Assembly (NCBI GenBank): GCA_046727155.1
Contig: JBKPCB010000063.1
Coordinates: 1-57,543 of the forward strand
DNA: 57,543 nucleotides
DNA from: Candidatus Methylomirabilota bacterium
Lineage (GTDB): Bacteria; Methylomirabilota; Methylomirabilia; Rokubacteriales; CSP1-6
Direction: 5' to 3'
Below are positions 15,738-27,056 of the stretch, one piece after another. The position numbers and the translations under genes are program-made. Below the pieces are notes generated by a model that worked only from the letters and a program-made list of their open reading frames with translations, ran no database searches and had not been told where the DNA came from. Every line of letters starts with the position of its first letter. Position 1 is the stretch's first letter.

Positions 15738-16769
15738 CTAACTCGCGTTGATGAAGTCTAGGAGCTCGCGCAGGCGGGCGAAGTCGGTACGATTGAAGGG
15801 CAGCACGAGCCGCGGCAGATCCGGGAACTCCTCCGCTTCCGCCTCGAGTGGCCCCGGCGTCTGCTCGGCCGGCGCCCGCATGATGTCGGCGAATCGCGCG
15901 TTGAGGTCGGCCAGCTGGGCGGGTTCGAGCGCCCGGCGCAGCCGCAGCACCAGGTCGTCCCGCACGTAGCGCAGGGAGTGGTAGATGCGGTAGAAGCCTT
16001 CGATCTCGGCTGCGGCCTGCTCTACGTCGTCCGTCACCCGGAAGAGCTTGAGATCGTCGGCGTGGATCATCCCCTTCCCCACCATCTCGCGCCGCAGGAA
16101 CTCCTCGAAGCTCTTCCAGTAAGTCCCGCCCGGCTCGTCCACCAGCACCAGCGGCACGATCGTCGATTTGCCCGTCTGCATCAAGGTCAGGCTCTCGAAG
16201 GCCTCGTCGCAGGTGCCGAAGCCGCCGGGGAAGAAAGCCATGGCGTGGGCTTCGCGCACCAGGAAGAGCTTGCGGGTGAAGAAATACTTGAACGAGATGA
16301 GCTTGGGGTCGTCGGCGATCCAGGGATTGGCTTCCTGCTCGAACGGCAGCCGGATGTTCAGCCCGAAGGAGCGCTCCCGTCCGGCGCCTTCCTGGGCCGC
16401 CCCCATGACGCCGCTGCCCGCGCCCGTGATCACCATCCACCCGGCCTGCGTCATGCGCTTGCCGAAGCCATAAGCCTGCTCGGACACCGGATGCTCGGCA
16501 GCCGTCCGGGCCGAGCCGAAGACGGTGACCTTCGGCACCAGGCGGTACGGCGCAAAGACCTTGAAGCCGTAGCGCAGCTCCTTGAAGGCCGCGTTCGCGA
16601 TCTTGACGTCGCCCAAGTCGGCGCCGTCCTCGAACATCTTGAGGGCGGTGGTGAGCATTTCCGCGTAGAAGGGCCAGCTCCGCTCGGGCACGCGCAGGTG
16701 CTCGAGCAGCGCGTCCAGACGGCGGTTGGCTTCTTCGTTCTGGAGATGGTAGCGACGCTCAGGACTCAC
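15738..16769 (-). CDS. LOG-family nucleotide phosphoribohydrolase (long form)
   Basis: VFGSAR, ITGAGSGVM, FKYFFTRK, PGGFGTCDE; GTG 16769 lies 6 nt after TATACT. Confidence 0.88.
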   Translation of the reverse strand: MSPERRYHLQNEEANRRLDALLEHLRVPERSWPFYAEMLTTALKMFEDGADLGDVKIANAAFKELRYGFKVFAPYRLVPKVTVFGSARTAAEHPVSEQAYGFGKRMTQAGWMVITGAGSGVMGAAQEGAGRERSFGLNIRLPFEQEANPWIADDPKLISFKYFFTRKLFLVREAHAMAFFPGGFGTCDEAFESLTLMQTGKSTIVPLVLVDEPGGTYWKSFEEFLRREMVGKGMIHADDLKLFRVTDDVEQAAAEIEGFYRIYHSLRYVRDDLVLRLRRALEPAQLADLNARFADIMRAPAEQTPGPLEAEAEEFPDLPRLVLPFNRTDFARLRELLDFINAS

Positions 16770-16794
16770 AGAAGCAGTATACACGGGGGGCTCG

Positions 16795-17451
16795 CTAGGC
16801 CAGCGTATGTCGGACCATCTTCCCCTCGACCATGTACACCACCATCTCGGCGATATTGGTCGCGTGATCGGCGACACGCTCCATGAAGCGTGAGATGAGG
16901 ATGAGACGGATGGCCCGGGGAATGGTCCGCGCGTCCTCCATCATGAAGGTCAGCAGCTCACGGAAGATCTGCTCCTTGAGGGCATCGACCTCGCCGTCGG
17001 CGGCGCACACGCGGCGCGCCAGCTCCGTGTCACGCGCCACGAAGGCGTCGAGGCTGTCCTTGACCATGCGCTGGGCCTTCTCGGCCATGCGCGGCAGGTC
17101 GATGTACGGCTTGAGCTGGGGCTCCTGGCTCAGCTCGAGCGCGCGCTGGGCGATGTTCACCGCCTGGTCGCCGATCCGCTCCAGGTCCGTGACGATCTTC
17201 ATGGCGGTGGTGATGAAGCGGAGATCGCCCGCCGCGGGCTGGTGGAGCGCGAGCAGGTTGACACACGTCTCGTCCACCTCGACGTCATAGGCATTGACCT
17301 GCCGATCTCGCTCGATCACCTCCAGCGCCAGGGCATCATTGCGCTCGAGCAGCGCCTGCATGACCCGCCGGATCTGGTCCTCCACCAGCCCGCCCATGGC
17401 GAGCAGGGTTTGCTTGAGCGCCTCGATCTCTTCGTGGAAATGCCTTTGCAT
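16795..17451 (-). CDS. phoU: Phosphate transport regulator PhoU
   Basis: QPAAGDLR, TDLERIGDQAVNIA, ERVADHATNIAE; last gene of pst operon. Confidence 0.96.
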   Translation of the reverse strand: MQRHFHEEIEALKQTLLAMGGLVEDQIRRVMQALLERNDALALEVIERDRQVNAYDVEVDETCVNLLALHQPAAGDLRFITTAMKIVTDLERIGDQAVNIAQRALELSQEPQLKPYIDLPRMAEKAQRMVKDSLDAFVARDTELARRVCAADGEVDALKEQIFRELLTFMMEDARTIPRAIRLILISRFMERVADHATNIAEMVVYMVEGKMVRHTLA

Positions 17452-17467
17452 GGTTCCTGACCCCGCG

Positions 17468-18226
17468 TTAGCCGAACCGGCCGGTAATGTAGTCTTCGGT
17501 GCGCTTGTCGTGAGGCGTCGTGAACAGCTCCCTGGTCACGCCGACCTCCACGAGCTCGCCCATCAGGAAGAAGCCGGCCCACTCCGAGACCCGGGCCGCC
17601 TGCTGCATATTGTGCGTCACGATGACGATGGTGAGCTCCTTCTTGAGGTCCAGGATGAGCTCTTCGATCTTGGCCGTCGCGATGGGGTCGAGGGCCGAGC
17701 AGGGCTCGTCCATCAGCAGCACCTCTGGCTGGACCGCCAGGGCGCGGCCGATGCAGAGGCGCTGCTGCTGGCCGCCCGAGAGGCTCATGCCCGATTTGTC
17801 CAGGTCGTCCTTGACCTCGTCCCACAACGCCGCGTGGCGAAGCGCCCGCTCCACCGAGTCGGCGAGGATGGCCCGGTCCCGGACACCGCCCAGCCGCAGC
17901 CCGGCCGCGACATTGTCCCATACCGACATCGTCGGGAACGGATTGGGCTTCTGGAAGACCATGCCGATCCGCCGGCGGATGAGGACCGGATCCACGCCCG
18001 GACCGTACAGGTTCTCCCCGTTCAATAGTATCTGGCCCTCGGCACGGGCGCCCGGCACGACTTCGTGCATCCGGTTGATGCATCGGATGAACGTGGACTT
18101 TCCGCAGCCCGAGGGGCCAATGACCGCCGTCACGCCATTCGCGGGCACCCGCAGCGAGATGTTCCTGAGGACGTGGTTGTCCCCGAACCACGCATTGAGC
18201 CCAGACACCGAGATGCCATCCGCCAT
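17468..18226 (-). CDS. pstB: Phosphate ABC transporter ATPase
   Basis: [51 protein letters not shown]; ATG after GGAGG. Confidence 0.96.
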   Translation of the reverse strand: MADGISVSGLNAWFGDNHVLRNISLRVPANGVTAVIGPSGCGKSTFIRCINRMHEVVPGARAEGQILLNGENLYGPGVDPVLIRRRIGMVFQKPNPFPTMSVWDNVAAGLRLGGVRDRAILADSVERALRHAALWDEVKDDLDKSGMSLSGGQQQRLCIGRALAVQPEVLLMDEPCSALDPIATAKIEELILDLKKELTIVIVTHNMQQAARVSEWAGFFLMGELVEVGVTRELFTTPHDKRTEDYITGRFG

Positions 18227-18228
18227 GC

Positions 18229-19077
18229 TCACCTCCGGGCCTGACGTTGCAGTCCGCTCGTCGCCAGACGAGCGGCGAGGCTGACCAGGAAGACCATGGA
18301 AATCAGCACGAGGGCGCCCGCCCACGCCTGGCGGTGCCAGTCGTCGAAGGGCGAGATTGCATACGCGAAGATCTGCAGCGCCAGGGCCGCGATCGGCTGA
18401 TCCAGTCCGTGATAACCAAAACGGTTTCCGAACGCGGTGAAGAGCAGCGGCGCGGTCTCCCCCGCGATGCGGGCAATGGCGACCATGACTCCCGTGATGA
18501 TGCCGGCGCGCGCGGTGGTGAGGACCACGCGGATCGTGACCTTCCACTGGGGAAGTCCCAGGGCCAGGCCGGCCTCGCGGAGCGATGCCGGCACCAGGCG
18601 GACGATCTCCTCGGTGGTGCGCAGGACGATGGGAACCATGATGACCCCGAGCGCCACCCCGCCGGCCAGCGCGGAGAAATGTCGCATCGGCCGCACCACC
18701 AGGGTATAGGCGAAGATCCCGATCACGATGGACGGGACGCCGTTGAGCACGTCGGCCAGAAAACGCACCACCCAGGGCATGCGGCGATCGCGCGACTCGG
18801 CGAGATAGAGACCCCCGAGAATTCCCACGGGCAGGCCGAGGCCGCAGGCCAGCGCGATGAGGATCAGCGTGCCGACGATGGCATTGGCCATTCCGCCACC
18901 AGGCTCACCGACGGGCTTCGGCAGGCGTGTGAAGAAGTCCAGGTTGAGGGACGTGCCGCCCTGGTAGATAAGGAAGGCGAAGACGAGCACAAGCGGCAGA
19001 ATCACCACGAACGCCGCCGACCCCGCGAGGACATTCATCACCGCGTTGACGGTCCGGCGCCGCGAGAGCCCGCTCAT
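18229..19077 (-). CDS. pstA: Phosphate ABC transporter permease PstA
   Basis: [30 protein letters not shown]; ATGA overlap with pstC. Confidence 0.95.
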   Translation of the reverse strand: MSGLSRRRTVNAVMNVLAGSAAFVVILPLVLVFAFLIYQGGTSLNLDFFTRLPKPVGEPGGGMANAIVGTLILIALACGLGLPVGILGGLYLAESRDRRMPWVVRFLADVLNGVPSIVIGIFAYTLVVRPMRHFSALAGGVALGVIMVPIVLRTTEEIVRLVPASLREAGLALGLPQWKVTIRVVLTTARAGIITGVMVAIARIAGETAPLLFTAFGNRFGYHGLDQPIAALALQIFAYAISPFDDWHRQAWAGALVLISMVFLVSLAARLATSGLQRQARR

Positions 19078-20072
19078 TCCCGCACCGCTTTCATCGAGCC
19101 ACCCACGCTCCACACCAGCAGCCGCGCCAGCGCGTTGACGACGACGGTGACGCCGAGCAGCAGCAGCCCGATCTCCACGAGAGCCGACAGGTAGAGGTCC
19201 GACGTTGCCTCGGTGAACTCATTGGCCAGGACACTGGCCATCGTGTAGCCCGGGGCGAACAGCGAGGCCGAGATCTCCGGCCGGTTCCCGATCACCATGG
19301 TCACCGCCATCGTCTCGCCGAGCGCGCGGCCGAGGCCGAGCAGCACCGCCCCGATCAATCCCGAGCGTCCGTAACGCAGCACCGCGAGCCGTGTCGTCTC
19401 CCAGCGCGTCGCCCCCAGCGCCAGGGCGGCCTCGCGCTGCGTGTTCGGAACGGCCAGCAGCACCTCGCGACTTACCGTCGCGATGAACGGCACCGTCATG
19501 ATCGCGAGAATGATCCCGGCGGCCAGCATCCCGACCCCGTACGGCGGTCCCTGGAACAGCGGCAGGAATCCGAGCGTCTTGCCCAAGACCGGCTGGAGCC
19601 ACACGCGAAGCCATGGCGCCAGCACGAAGATCCCCCACAGTCCGTAGACGACGCTGGGCACGGCGGCGAGGAGCTCGATCAGGAAGCCGATGGGCGGCCG
19701 GATCCAGAACGGCGCCAGCTCCGCCAGATAGATCGCGGCGCCGATCCCGAGCGGAACGGCGAAGCACATGGCAAGCAGCGACGACACGAGGGTGCCGTAG
19801 ATGAACGGCAGAGCTCCGAAGCTCTCGACCACCGGATCCCAGTTGGAGTCGACGATGAAGCGCCAGCCGAAGTGCCTGATCGCGGGGAGGGACTCGTAGA
19901 CGAGGGCCCCGACGATACCCACCATGATGAGCACGAACACCGCCACGCAGCCGCGGACGATGCCCATGAAGACGCGGTCGCCCCAGGCGCCGCCGCGGGA
20001 GCGGGCGAGAAACGCACGGGGGAGGGGCAGCCCCTCGGCCACCCCTCCTCCGCGCATGCGGCTTTCGACCAT
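19074..20072 (-). CDS. pstC: Phosphate ABC transporter permease PstC
   Basis: ELLAAVPSVVYGLWG, ALGATRWE, GRALGETMAVTMVIGN. Confidence 0.95.
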   Translation of the reverse strand: MVESRMRGGGVAEGLPLPRAFLARSRGGAWGDRVFMGIVRGCVAVFVLIMVGIVGALVYESLPAIRHFGWRFIVDSNWDPVVESFGALPFIYGTLVSSLLAMCFAVPLGIGAAIYLAELAPFWIRPPIGFLIELLAAVPSVVYGLWGIFVLAPWLRVWLQPVLGKTLGFLPLFQGPPYGVGMLAAGIILAIMTVPFIATVSREVLLAVPNTQREAALALGATRWETTRLAVLRYGRSGLIGAVLLGLGRALGETMAVTMVIGNRPEISASLFAPGYTMASVLANEFTEATSDLYLSALVEIGLLLLGVTVVVNALARLLVWSVGGSMKAVRE

Positions 20073-20073
20073 A

Positions 20074-21144
20074 TCAGCGGGCGGCGAGCAGCGGCTTCCC
20101 CTGGTGGTTGATCTGGTGGATCTTGGCCTCGATCTGCTTGACGACGGGCGCAGGCAGCGGCGCGTAAAGTAGGTCGGAGGGATAGCGCTGTCCTTCGTGG
20201 GTCGCCCACCAGAGGAAGCGCACCAGCGCCTTACCCTTGGCCTCGTCGGGCTGATTCTTGTAGACCAGCAGCCAGGTGAAGCTCACGATCGGATACGCCG
20301 CCTCGCCCGGCGCATTGGTCAGCGAGACCCTGAAGTCCGCAGGCATATTGGCCGCCGCGCCCGCTGCGGCCGCCGTGGTGCTCGCGATCGTCGGCTCGAT
20401 GAACTTGCCGGAGGGGTTCCGGACTGAGGCCACGGGAAGCTTGTTGGTGATGGCATAGGCCAGTTCCACGTAGCCCAGGGCGCCGGGGGTATTCTTGATC
20501 TGGCCCGCGACACCCTCGTTACCCTTGCCGCCCAGTCCCACGGGCCATTTGACCGACGTACCACGCCCCACCTTCTGCTCCCACTCCTTGCTCACCTTCG
20601 AGAGATAGTCCACCCAGATATAGGTCGTGCCGCTGCCGTCGGACCGATGGACGATGATGATCGGATCGCCCGGGAGGCTGACGCCGGGGTTGAGGGCTTT
20701 GATCCGGTCGTCGTTCCATTTGGCAATCTTGCCGAAGAAGATGTCGGCGAGCACCTCACCGGTCAGGTGGAGCTTGGGGCTGCCGGGCAGATTGTAGGTG
20801 GCTACGACCGCGCCGAGCACGGTTGGAATGTGGAAGAGCTCGCCCGGGGCCTTCTTGAGCTGGTCATCCGTCATGGGCCCGTCAGAGGCCCCGAAGTCCA
20901 CGGTGCGCTCCATGATCTGTCGAATCCCGCCGCCGCTGCCGATGGATTGATAGTTGAACTTCACGCCCTGATCGATCTTCGCGTACTCGTCAAACCACTT
21001 CGAGTAGATCGGGTACGGGAACGTCGCCCCGGCCCCGTTCATCAGCATGTCGGCTGAGGCTGGAGCCGGAACCGCTGCCCATCCGAGGACCAGGCCGCCC
21101 AGGATCGCTCCGACCAGCCGGCCACGCATCGTCGATCGCCTCAT
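20074..21144 (-). CDS. pstS: Phosphate-binding protein PstS
   Basis: Signal peptide; GAGATFP, YQSIGSGGG, DFGASD, RSDGSGTT, KGNEGVA; SD AAGGAG. Confidence 0.97.
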   Translation of the reverse strand: MRRSTMRGRLVGAILGGLVLGWAAVPAPASADMLMNGAGATFPYPIYSKWFDEYAKIDQGVKFNYQSIGSGGGIRQIMERTVDFGASDGPMTDDQLKKAPGELFHIPTVLGAVVATYNLPGSPKLHLTGEVLADIFFGKIAKWNDDRIKALNPGVSLPGDPIIIVHRSDGSGTTYIWVDYLSKVSKEWEQKVGRGTSVKWPVGLGGKGNEGVAGQIKNTPGALGYVELAYAITNKLPVASVRNPSGKFIEPTIASTTAAAAGAAANMPADFRVSLTNAPGEAAYPIVSFTWLLVYKNQPDEAKGKALVRFLWWATHEGQRYPSDLLYAPLPAPVVKQIEAKIHQINHQGKPLLAAR

Positions 21145-21169
21145 CCTTGGTCTCCTTTATGTGTGTAAC

Positions 21170-21223
21170 AGTGTACGAATGCAGGGTTACGGGCGGATTA
21201 CCGCCGTGTTACGAACGTGTAAA
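21170..21223 (-). promoter_or_regulatory. Pho-box array (4 x 11-bp direct repeats) and -10 for pstS
   Basis: Minus strand TTTAC-N6-GTAAC-N6-GTAAT-N6-GTAAC (plus-strand starts 21219, 21208, 21197, 21186), then TACACT at 21170-21175. Confidence 0.82.
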
Positions 21224-21241
21224 CATTGTGGGCGACGACCC

Positions 21242-21955
21242 TCAGTCGGGCTCTCCGAGGCGATAGCCGACGCCCCGGACCGTCTCGATGCCCGGGTCTG
21301 GAAGCCCGGCGGAAAAGAACTTCGCACGGAGCCGGGCGACGTGGACGTCCACGGTGCGGGGCTCCACGAAGCCGTCCTGCCCCCAGACCAGGTCCAGCAG
21401 CTCGTCGCGCGGGAACACTCGGCCGGGTCGCCGCGCCAGCGCGGTGAGCAGAGTGAATTCCCTCGGGGTGAGGAGTACGCGCCGGCTCTGCATGGTGACC
21501 TCGAACCGCTCGCAATCGATCTCGAGCTGGCCCACGTGCACCTTGGGTGCGCCCGCGCGAGGATCCGTCTCCCTGCGTCTCACGACGGCGCGGATCCGCA
21601 AGAGCACCTCACGTGGCGAAAACGGCTTCGTCACATAGTCGTCGGCCCCGAGCTCGAACCCGAGAATCTTGTCGCCTTCCTCCGCCCGGGCCGTGAGCAT
21701 GATCACGGGAATCTCCCGCGTTTCGGGTGTTCCCTTGAGGCGCCGGCACACTTCCCATCCGTTGATCTCGGGCACCATGAGGTCGAGCAGGATCAGGCTC
21801 GGCGGGGCTTCCCGGGCCTGCCGGATGGCTTCGGCGCCGCTGGAGGCCAGTCGGACGTCGTATCCGGCCTTTTCGAGGTGGTAGCGGACCAGATCAGCGA
21901 CGTCGGATTCGTCCTCGACTGCCAGCACGCTGGGCTTCGCCATGGCTGTCGTCAT
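21242..21955 (-). CDS. phoB: PhoB/OmpR-family response regulator (second copy)
   Basis: VEDE, LLDLMVP, MLTAR, GADDYVTKPFSP, RTVDVHVARLRAK, ETVRGVGY; alternative start 21943. Confidence 0.85.
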   Translation of the reverse strand: MTTAMAKPSVLAVEDESDVADLVRYHLEKAGYDVRLASSGAEAIRQAREAPPSLILLDLMVPEINGWEVCRRLKGTPETREIPVIMLTARAEEGDKILGFELGADDYVTKPFSPREVLLRIRAVVRRRETDPRAGAPKVHVGQLEIDCERFEVTMQSRRVLLTPREFTLLTALARRPGRVFPRDELLDLVWGQDGFVEPRTVDVHVARLRAKFFSAGLPDPGIETVRGVGYRLGEPD

Positions 21956-21961
21956 GGCCAG

Positions 21962-22015
21962 AGCGTGCCGCCGCGCTGTTAAGGGAGGATGACGGGCGGG
22001 TAAACCTTGTGTAAC
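21962..22015 (-). promoter_or_regulatory. Second Pho-box array (4 x 11-bp) upstream of the second phoB
   Basis: Minus strand GTTAC-N6-TTTAC-N6-GTCAT-N6-TTAAC (plus-strand starts 22011, 22000, 21989, 21978); CACGCT lies at the same offset as TACACT in the pstS promoter. Confidence 0.75.
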
Positions 22016-22037
22016 AACCCGCAACTGGGAGCGCGCG

Positions 22038-23854
<1,817 letters not shown>

Positions 23855-23858
<4 letters not shown>

Positions 23859-24544
23859 GGCGCCGGCTCCAGACGATACCCGACGCTCTTCACCGTGCTG
23901 ATGCGCTGGCCTTCGCCGCCCAGCTTCACGCGCAGCCGCCGGACATGCACGTCGACAGTACGGGATTCGATCTCACTGGCGGCCGCGTATCCCCAGACCC
24001 GGTCCAGCAGAAACTCGCGCGAGAGCACGCGGCCCTCTGCTTCCGCGAGCGCGCGCAGCAAGTCGAATTCCTTCGGCGTGAGCTGGACGGGCCTCTCGCC
24101 TACCGAGACGATGTGCCGGCCGGGATCGATGCTGAGCCGGCCCGTGACAATGCGCTCGGCTCCGGCCGGCGGCCGCGCGCGCCTGAGCACGGCCCGAACG
24201 CGCGCCACGACCTCCTTCGGGGAGAATGGCTTGACGATGTAGTCGTCGGCGCCGAGCTCGAGGCCCAGGATGCGGTCGACTTCGTCGCCCTTGGCGGTGA
24301 GCATCACGATGGGCAGCGCAGCAGTGGCGGCCTCGCGGCGCAGGCGCCGGCAGACCTCGAGGCCGTCCAGCTCGGGCAGCATGATGTCGAGAAGGATCAG
24401 GTCCGGGGGCGAGGCCTTGACGTGGCGGAGCGCGTCGGCTCCGGTGCGCGACGTGGAGACCTGATAGCCTTCGCGCTCGAGGTGGAAGGCCAGCAGGTCC
24501 CGGATGTCGGCCTCGTCTTCGACGATGAGCACCCGGCTCGTCAT
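23855..24544 (-). CDS. phoB: PhoB/PhoP-family response regulator (cognate of phoR)
   Basis: VEDE, LLDIMLP, GADDYIVKPFSP, RTVDVHVRRLRVKL; ATGA overlap with phoR. Confidence 0.9.
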
Positions 24545-24556
24545 GCAGGCGCTATC

Positions 24557-25594
24557 TTACCAGCGCCGGGTTTCTCCCAGCCTGAAGATCCAGGCGCGCT
24601 CTGGCTCGATACCGCGGCGGCGGGCCTCGGCCACCATCCGCACTGGCGGCTCGTCGAGCGGCTCTTCGGCCATGTCGAAGGTGCCCCAGTGAATTCCCAG
24701 GAGAATGCGGCCGCGGAGATCAAGAAAGGCCTGCACCGCCTCCTCGGGACTCGTGTGCACCGGTCTCATGATCTCGGCCGGCACGTAGGCGCCGATGGCG
24801 ATCGCGGCCAAGTCGAAGGGGCCGAATCGCTCGCCCGCCTCCTTGAAGCCGGCGAAATATCCGCTGTCGCCGCCGAAGAAGAGCCGGCGGTCGACCCCCA
24901 GGATGGCCCACGAGCCCCAGAGCCGCGTATTGCCGTCAAGGAGAGTGCGCTGGGAGAAATGCTGGGCCGGCACGCAGACGAAGCGGACCCCGCGAAGCTC
25001 ATGGCTCTGCCACCAGTCCAGCTCGGTCACGCGCGTCATGCCGTTCTCCGCGAACCACACCTTGAGCCCCAGCGGCACGAGAAAGAGTGGGTCGTGGGCC
25101 GCGGCCAGGCGCTTCACCGTTTCGAGATCCAGGTGATCGTAGTGGTCGTGGGAGATCATGACGACATCGATGCGCGGCAGATCCTCGAAGGCGAGCCCCG
25201 GCGCATTCAGCCGGCGCGGGCCGGCCCAGGACAGCGGACTGGCGCGCCGGCTCCAATTGGGATCCGTGAGCAGGTTGAGGCCGTCCAGCTGGACGAGGAG
25301 CGTCGAATGCCCGATCCAGGTGATGCTCGGGTTCTGGCCGCCGGCGCGGAGCGCGCTGCCGTCATTGGCGACGCGTGGAGCCTCGAACTCCCGCGTCGTC
25401 GTCACCGAGTGCCACGCCCGCCGAATGAAGAAGCTCCACCGCGTCCAGCCTTCCGGCCGGCTGAACGTGGGGTTGACGTTCCGGAAGCCGCCCTCGACGT
25501 GATGGAGCGGCTGGCCCGGCAGCGGCTCGGTGCCGATCGTGGCACAGCCGGCCGGCAGAATGAGCAGCAGGAGGAGCGTGGCGCAAGCCCGCAT
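24557..25594 (-). CDS. MBL-fold metallohydrolase (NAPE-PLD/RomA-like), predicted lipoprotein
   Basis: Lipobox LPAGC; TWIGHST, SHDHYDHLD, PAQHFSQR, GDSGY, IHWGTF. Confidence 0.87.
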   Translation of the reverse strand: MRACATLLLLLILPAGCATIGTEPLPGQPLHHVEGGFRNVNPTFSRPEGWTRWSFFIRRAWHSVTTTREFEAPRVANDGSALRAGGQNPSITWIGHSTLLVQLDGLNLLTDPNWSRRASPLSWAGPRRLNAPGLAFEDLPRIDVVMISHDHYDHLDLETVKRLAAAHDPLFLVPLGLKVWFAENGMTRVTELDWWQSHELRGVRFVCVPAQHFSQRTLLDGNTRLWGSWAILGVDRRLFFGGDSGYFAGFKEAGERFGPFDLAAIAIGAYVPAEIMRPVHTSPEEAVQAFLDLRGRILLGIHWGTFDMAEEPLDEPPVRMVAEARRRGIEPERAWIFRLGETRRW

Positions 25595-25636
25595 TGCGAA
25601 ACAGTGTACAGCGGGCCCCGATACCCAGCCAGCCGC

Positions 25637-25915
25637 TCAGCGCGCGCTCTTGCCGTTCTGCCCCGCCGGCGGCAGCAGCCCGAGCAACCGCAGGCGCTTC
25701 CGCAGCGTATTGCGGTTGATCCCGAGCAGGCGGGCGGCTTTGAGCTGATTGCCGCCTGACAGCTCGAGGGCCTGGCGCAGCAGCGGCAGCTCCACCCGCG
25801 CCATGACGCTGCGGTAGAGCCGCCCGCCTTCTGCGCCCGCGGCCTCGCGAACCAGGGGCGGAAGCGCGGCGGTAACGAGCCGCTCGAACTCTTCCGTCCC
25901 GGAGCGATCGCTCAT
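25637..25915 (-). CDS. Stand-alone Fis/NtrC-C-terminal-type HTH protein (92 aa)
   Basis: SD GAGGAGG; LYRSVMARVELPLLRQALELSGGNQLKAARLLGINRNTLRKRL matches the HTH_8 pattern; no AAA+ or REC domain. Confidence 0.85.
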   Translation of the reverse strand: MSDRSGTEEFERLVTAALPPLVREAAGAEGGRLYRSVMARVELPLLRQALELSGGNQLKAARLLGINRNTLRKRLRLLGLLPPAGQNGKSAR

Positions 25916-25939
25916 GTCAACCTCCTCGAACCCAGCGTA

Positions 25940-25975
25940 GAGAAGACAGTAAAGGGCGCCTGTTGGGGCGCCCTT
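25940..25975 (-). terminator. Intrinsic terminator/attenuator in the leader of the HTH gene
   Basis: Minus strand AAGGGCGCC-ccaaca-GGCGCCCTT followed by TACTGTCTTCTC. Confidence 0.72.
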
Positions 25976-26006
25976 GCCTCCAGCCCGGTGACCGCGCTGT
26001 CCCGGG
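25967..26006 (-). promoter_or_regulatory. ANTAR-type dual hexaloop RNA motif; P2 overlaps the terminator 5' arm
   Basis: P1 CCCGG-GAC[AGCGCG]GTC-A-CCGGG (25984-26006); P2 GGC[AAGGGC]GCC (25967-25978); both loops have A1 and G4. Confidence 0.75.
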
Positions 26007-26025
26007 CAGATATAAGGATGATGTC

Positions 26026-26041
26026 AGCAAAGCGTGTGCCG
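26026..26041 (-). promoter_or_regulatory. sigma54 -24/-12 promoter of the HTH gene
   Basis: CGGCAC-ACGCT-TTGCT; near-consensus IHF site AATCAA-CCGC-TTC at 26059-26071. Confidence 0.78.
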
Positions 26042-26103
26042 CCGCACAGAGTGAATTAAATCAACCGCTTCAACAGGCGGGGCTCGGCCAACTGGCCGGC
26101 GGA

Positions 26104-26140
26104 TGCCGAAGATCTAGGCATGATGACTACAACTTGCGCA
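26104..26140. promoter_or_regulatory. Pair of 17-bp NtrC-like enhancer palindromes
   Basis: TGCCGAAGATCTAGGCA (26104-26120) and TGACTACAACTTGCGCA (26124-26140). Confidence 0.65.
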
Positions 26141-27056
26141 GCCCGAGCGGGGGGAGATCGAGCAATCGCCGGCGGCAGCCGGCCCAGAGAGTATTCACGC
26201 ACATCGCGAGAGCCGGCGCCGACGGGCAAAGCAGACGCGCGAGCAGGCCGCCGCGCCCGAGCGCCGTCACACCGACGCTGCAGCCGGTATCGCGCTCGGC
26301 CAGCGCCGCCGACAACTCCACTGCGAGCGCGGCCCAGCCCTCGCGCGCCGGCGCGATCGTGACAAACGTGGCGAGGTACGCGTGCCCTTCGGCCCCTCCG
26401 AGGCCATCCCAGCCGCGGGCGCCGCTCAGCACCGAGCGCTCGCGGAGCAGGAGCCCCCGAGTGTCCCGGACGGTCATGGCCGTATCCAGCCCGGCAAACT
26501 GCCACGCTTCACCGCGCGCAGCGCGTCCGACCGCCCACGCATCAACGGCGATGACGATGCCGCCCGGAGCGAGGGTCACCTCGATCCGCTGCTCGAGCCG
26601 CGCTCCCGGCGATGGGATCAGATGATCCGGAAGGTACTCGAGGACGGCATCCTCTCCGACCTCGGCAGTGAAACGCTGAACGGCGCTCGGGCCCATGCTC
26701 CGGTAGACGCGGGTGGCGGCGGGAGTGGTGAGGCAAACGCGGCTGCCGGAGCCGAGCGTGACGCGGGTGTCGAGCACGTCCCCGCCCAGAATCCCCCCCG
26801 TGGGGTTCAGGAGCATGAGGGTGATACCGCCGGTGTCATCGAGGTCCATCGGCTCGAGCGCCTGCAGCGGCAGGGTGAAGCGTCGCTCGGTCAGGACCGT
26901 CCGGTCGCTACGCTGCTCGAAGCCGAGGCGCAGGAAACCATCGCGCCCGACCCGGCCCGGCGCGGCGCCCTGCTCAGGGCTCGAAGAGCAGCTCCCGGCG
27001 GATCCAGCCGACCACGGCGTCGACGCCGGTGCCGTCCCGGAGATTGGTGAAGACAA
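26127..27056 (-). CDS. ureD: Urease accessory protein UreD (start uncertain)
   Basis: [46 protein letters not shown] end; last gene of ure operon; only a TTG start overlapping ureG is available. Confidence 0.88.
   Translation of the reverse strand: MSSPISGTAPASTPWSAGSAGSCSSSPEQGAAPGRVGRDGFLRLGFEQRSDRTVLTERRFTLPLQALEPMDLDDTGGITLMLLNPTGGILGGDVLDTRVTLGSGSRVCLTTPAATRVYRSMGPSAVQRFTAEVGEDAVLEYLPDHLIPSPGARLEQRIEVTLAPGGIVIAVDAWAVGRAARGEAWQFAGLDTAMTVRDTRGLLLRERSVLSGARGWDGLGGAEGHAYLATFVTIAPAREGWAALAVELSAALAERDTGCSVGVTALGRGGLLARLLCPSAPALAMCVNTLWAGCRRRLLDLPPLGLRKL

Noticed and set aside
23945-25759. 604-aa plus-strand ORF
   Set aside because: Antisense to phoB, the MBL gene and the HTH gene, which all have clear motifs.
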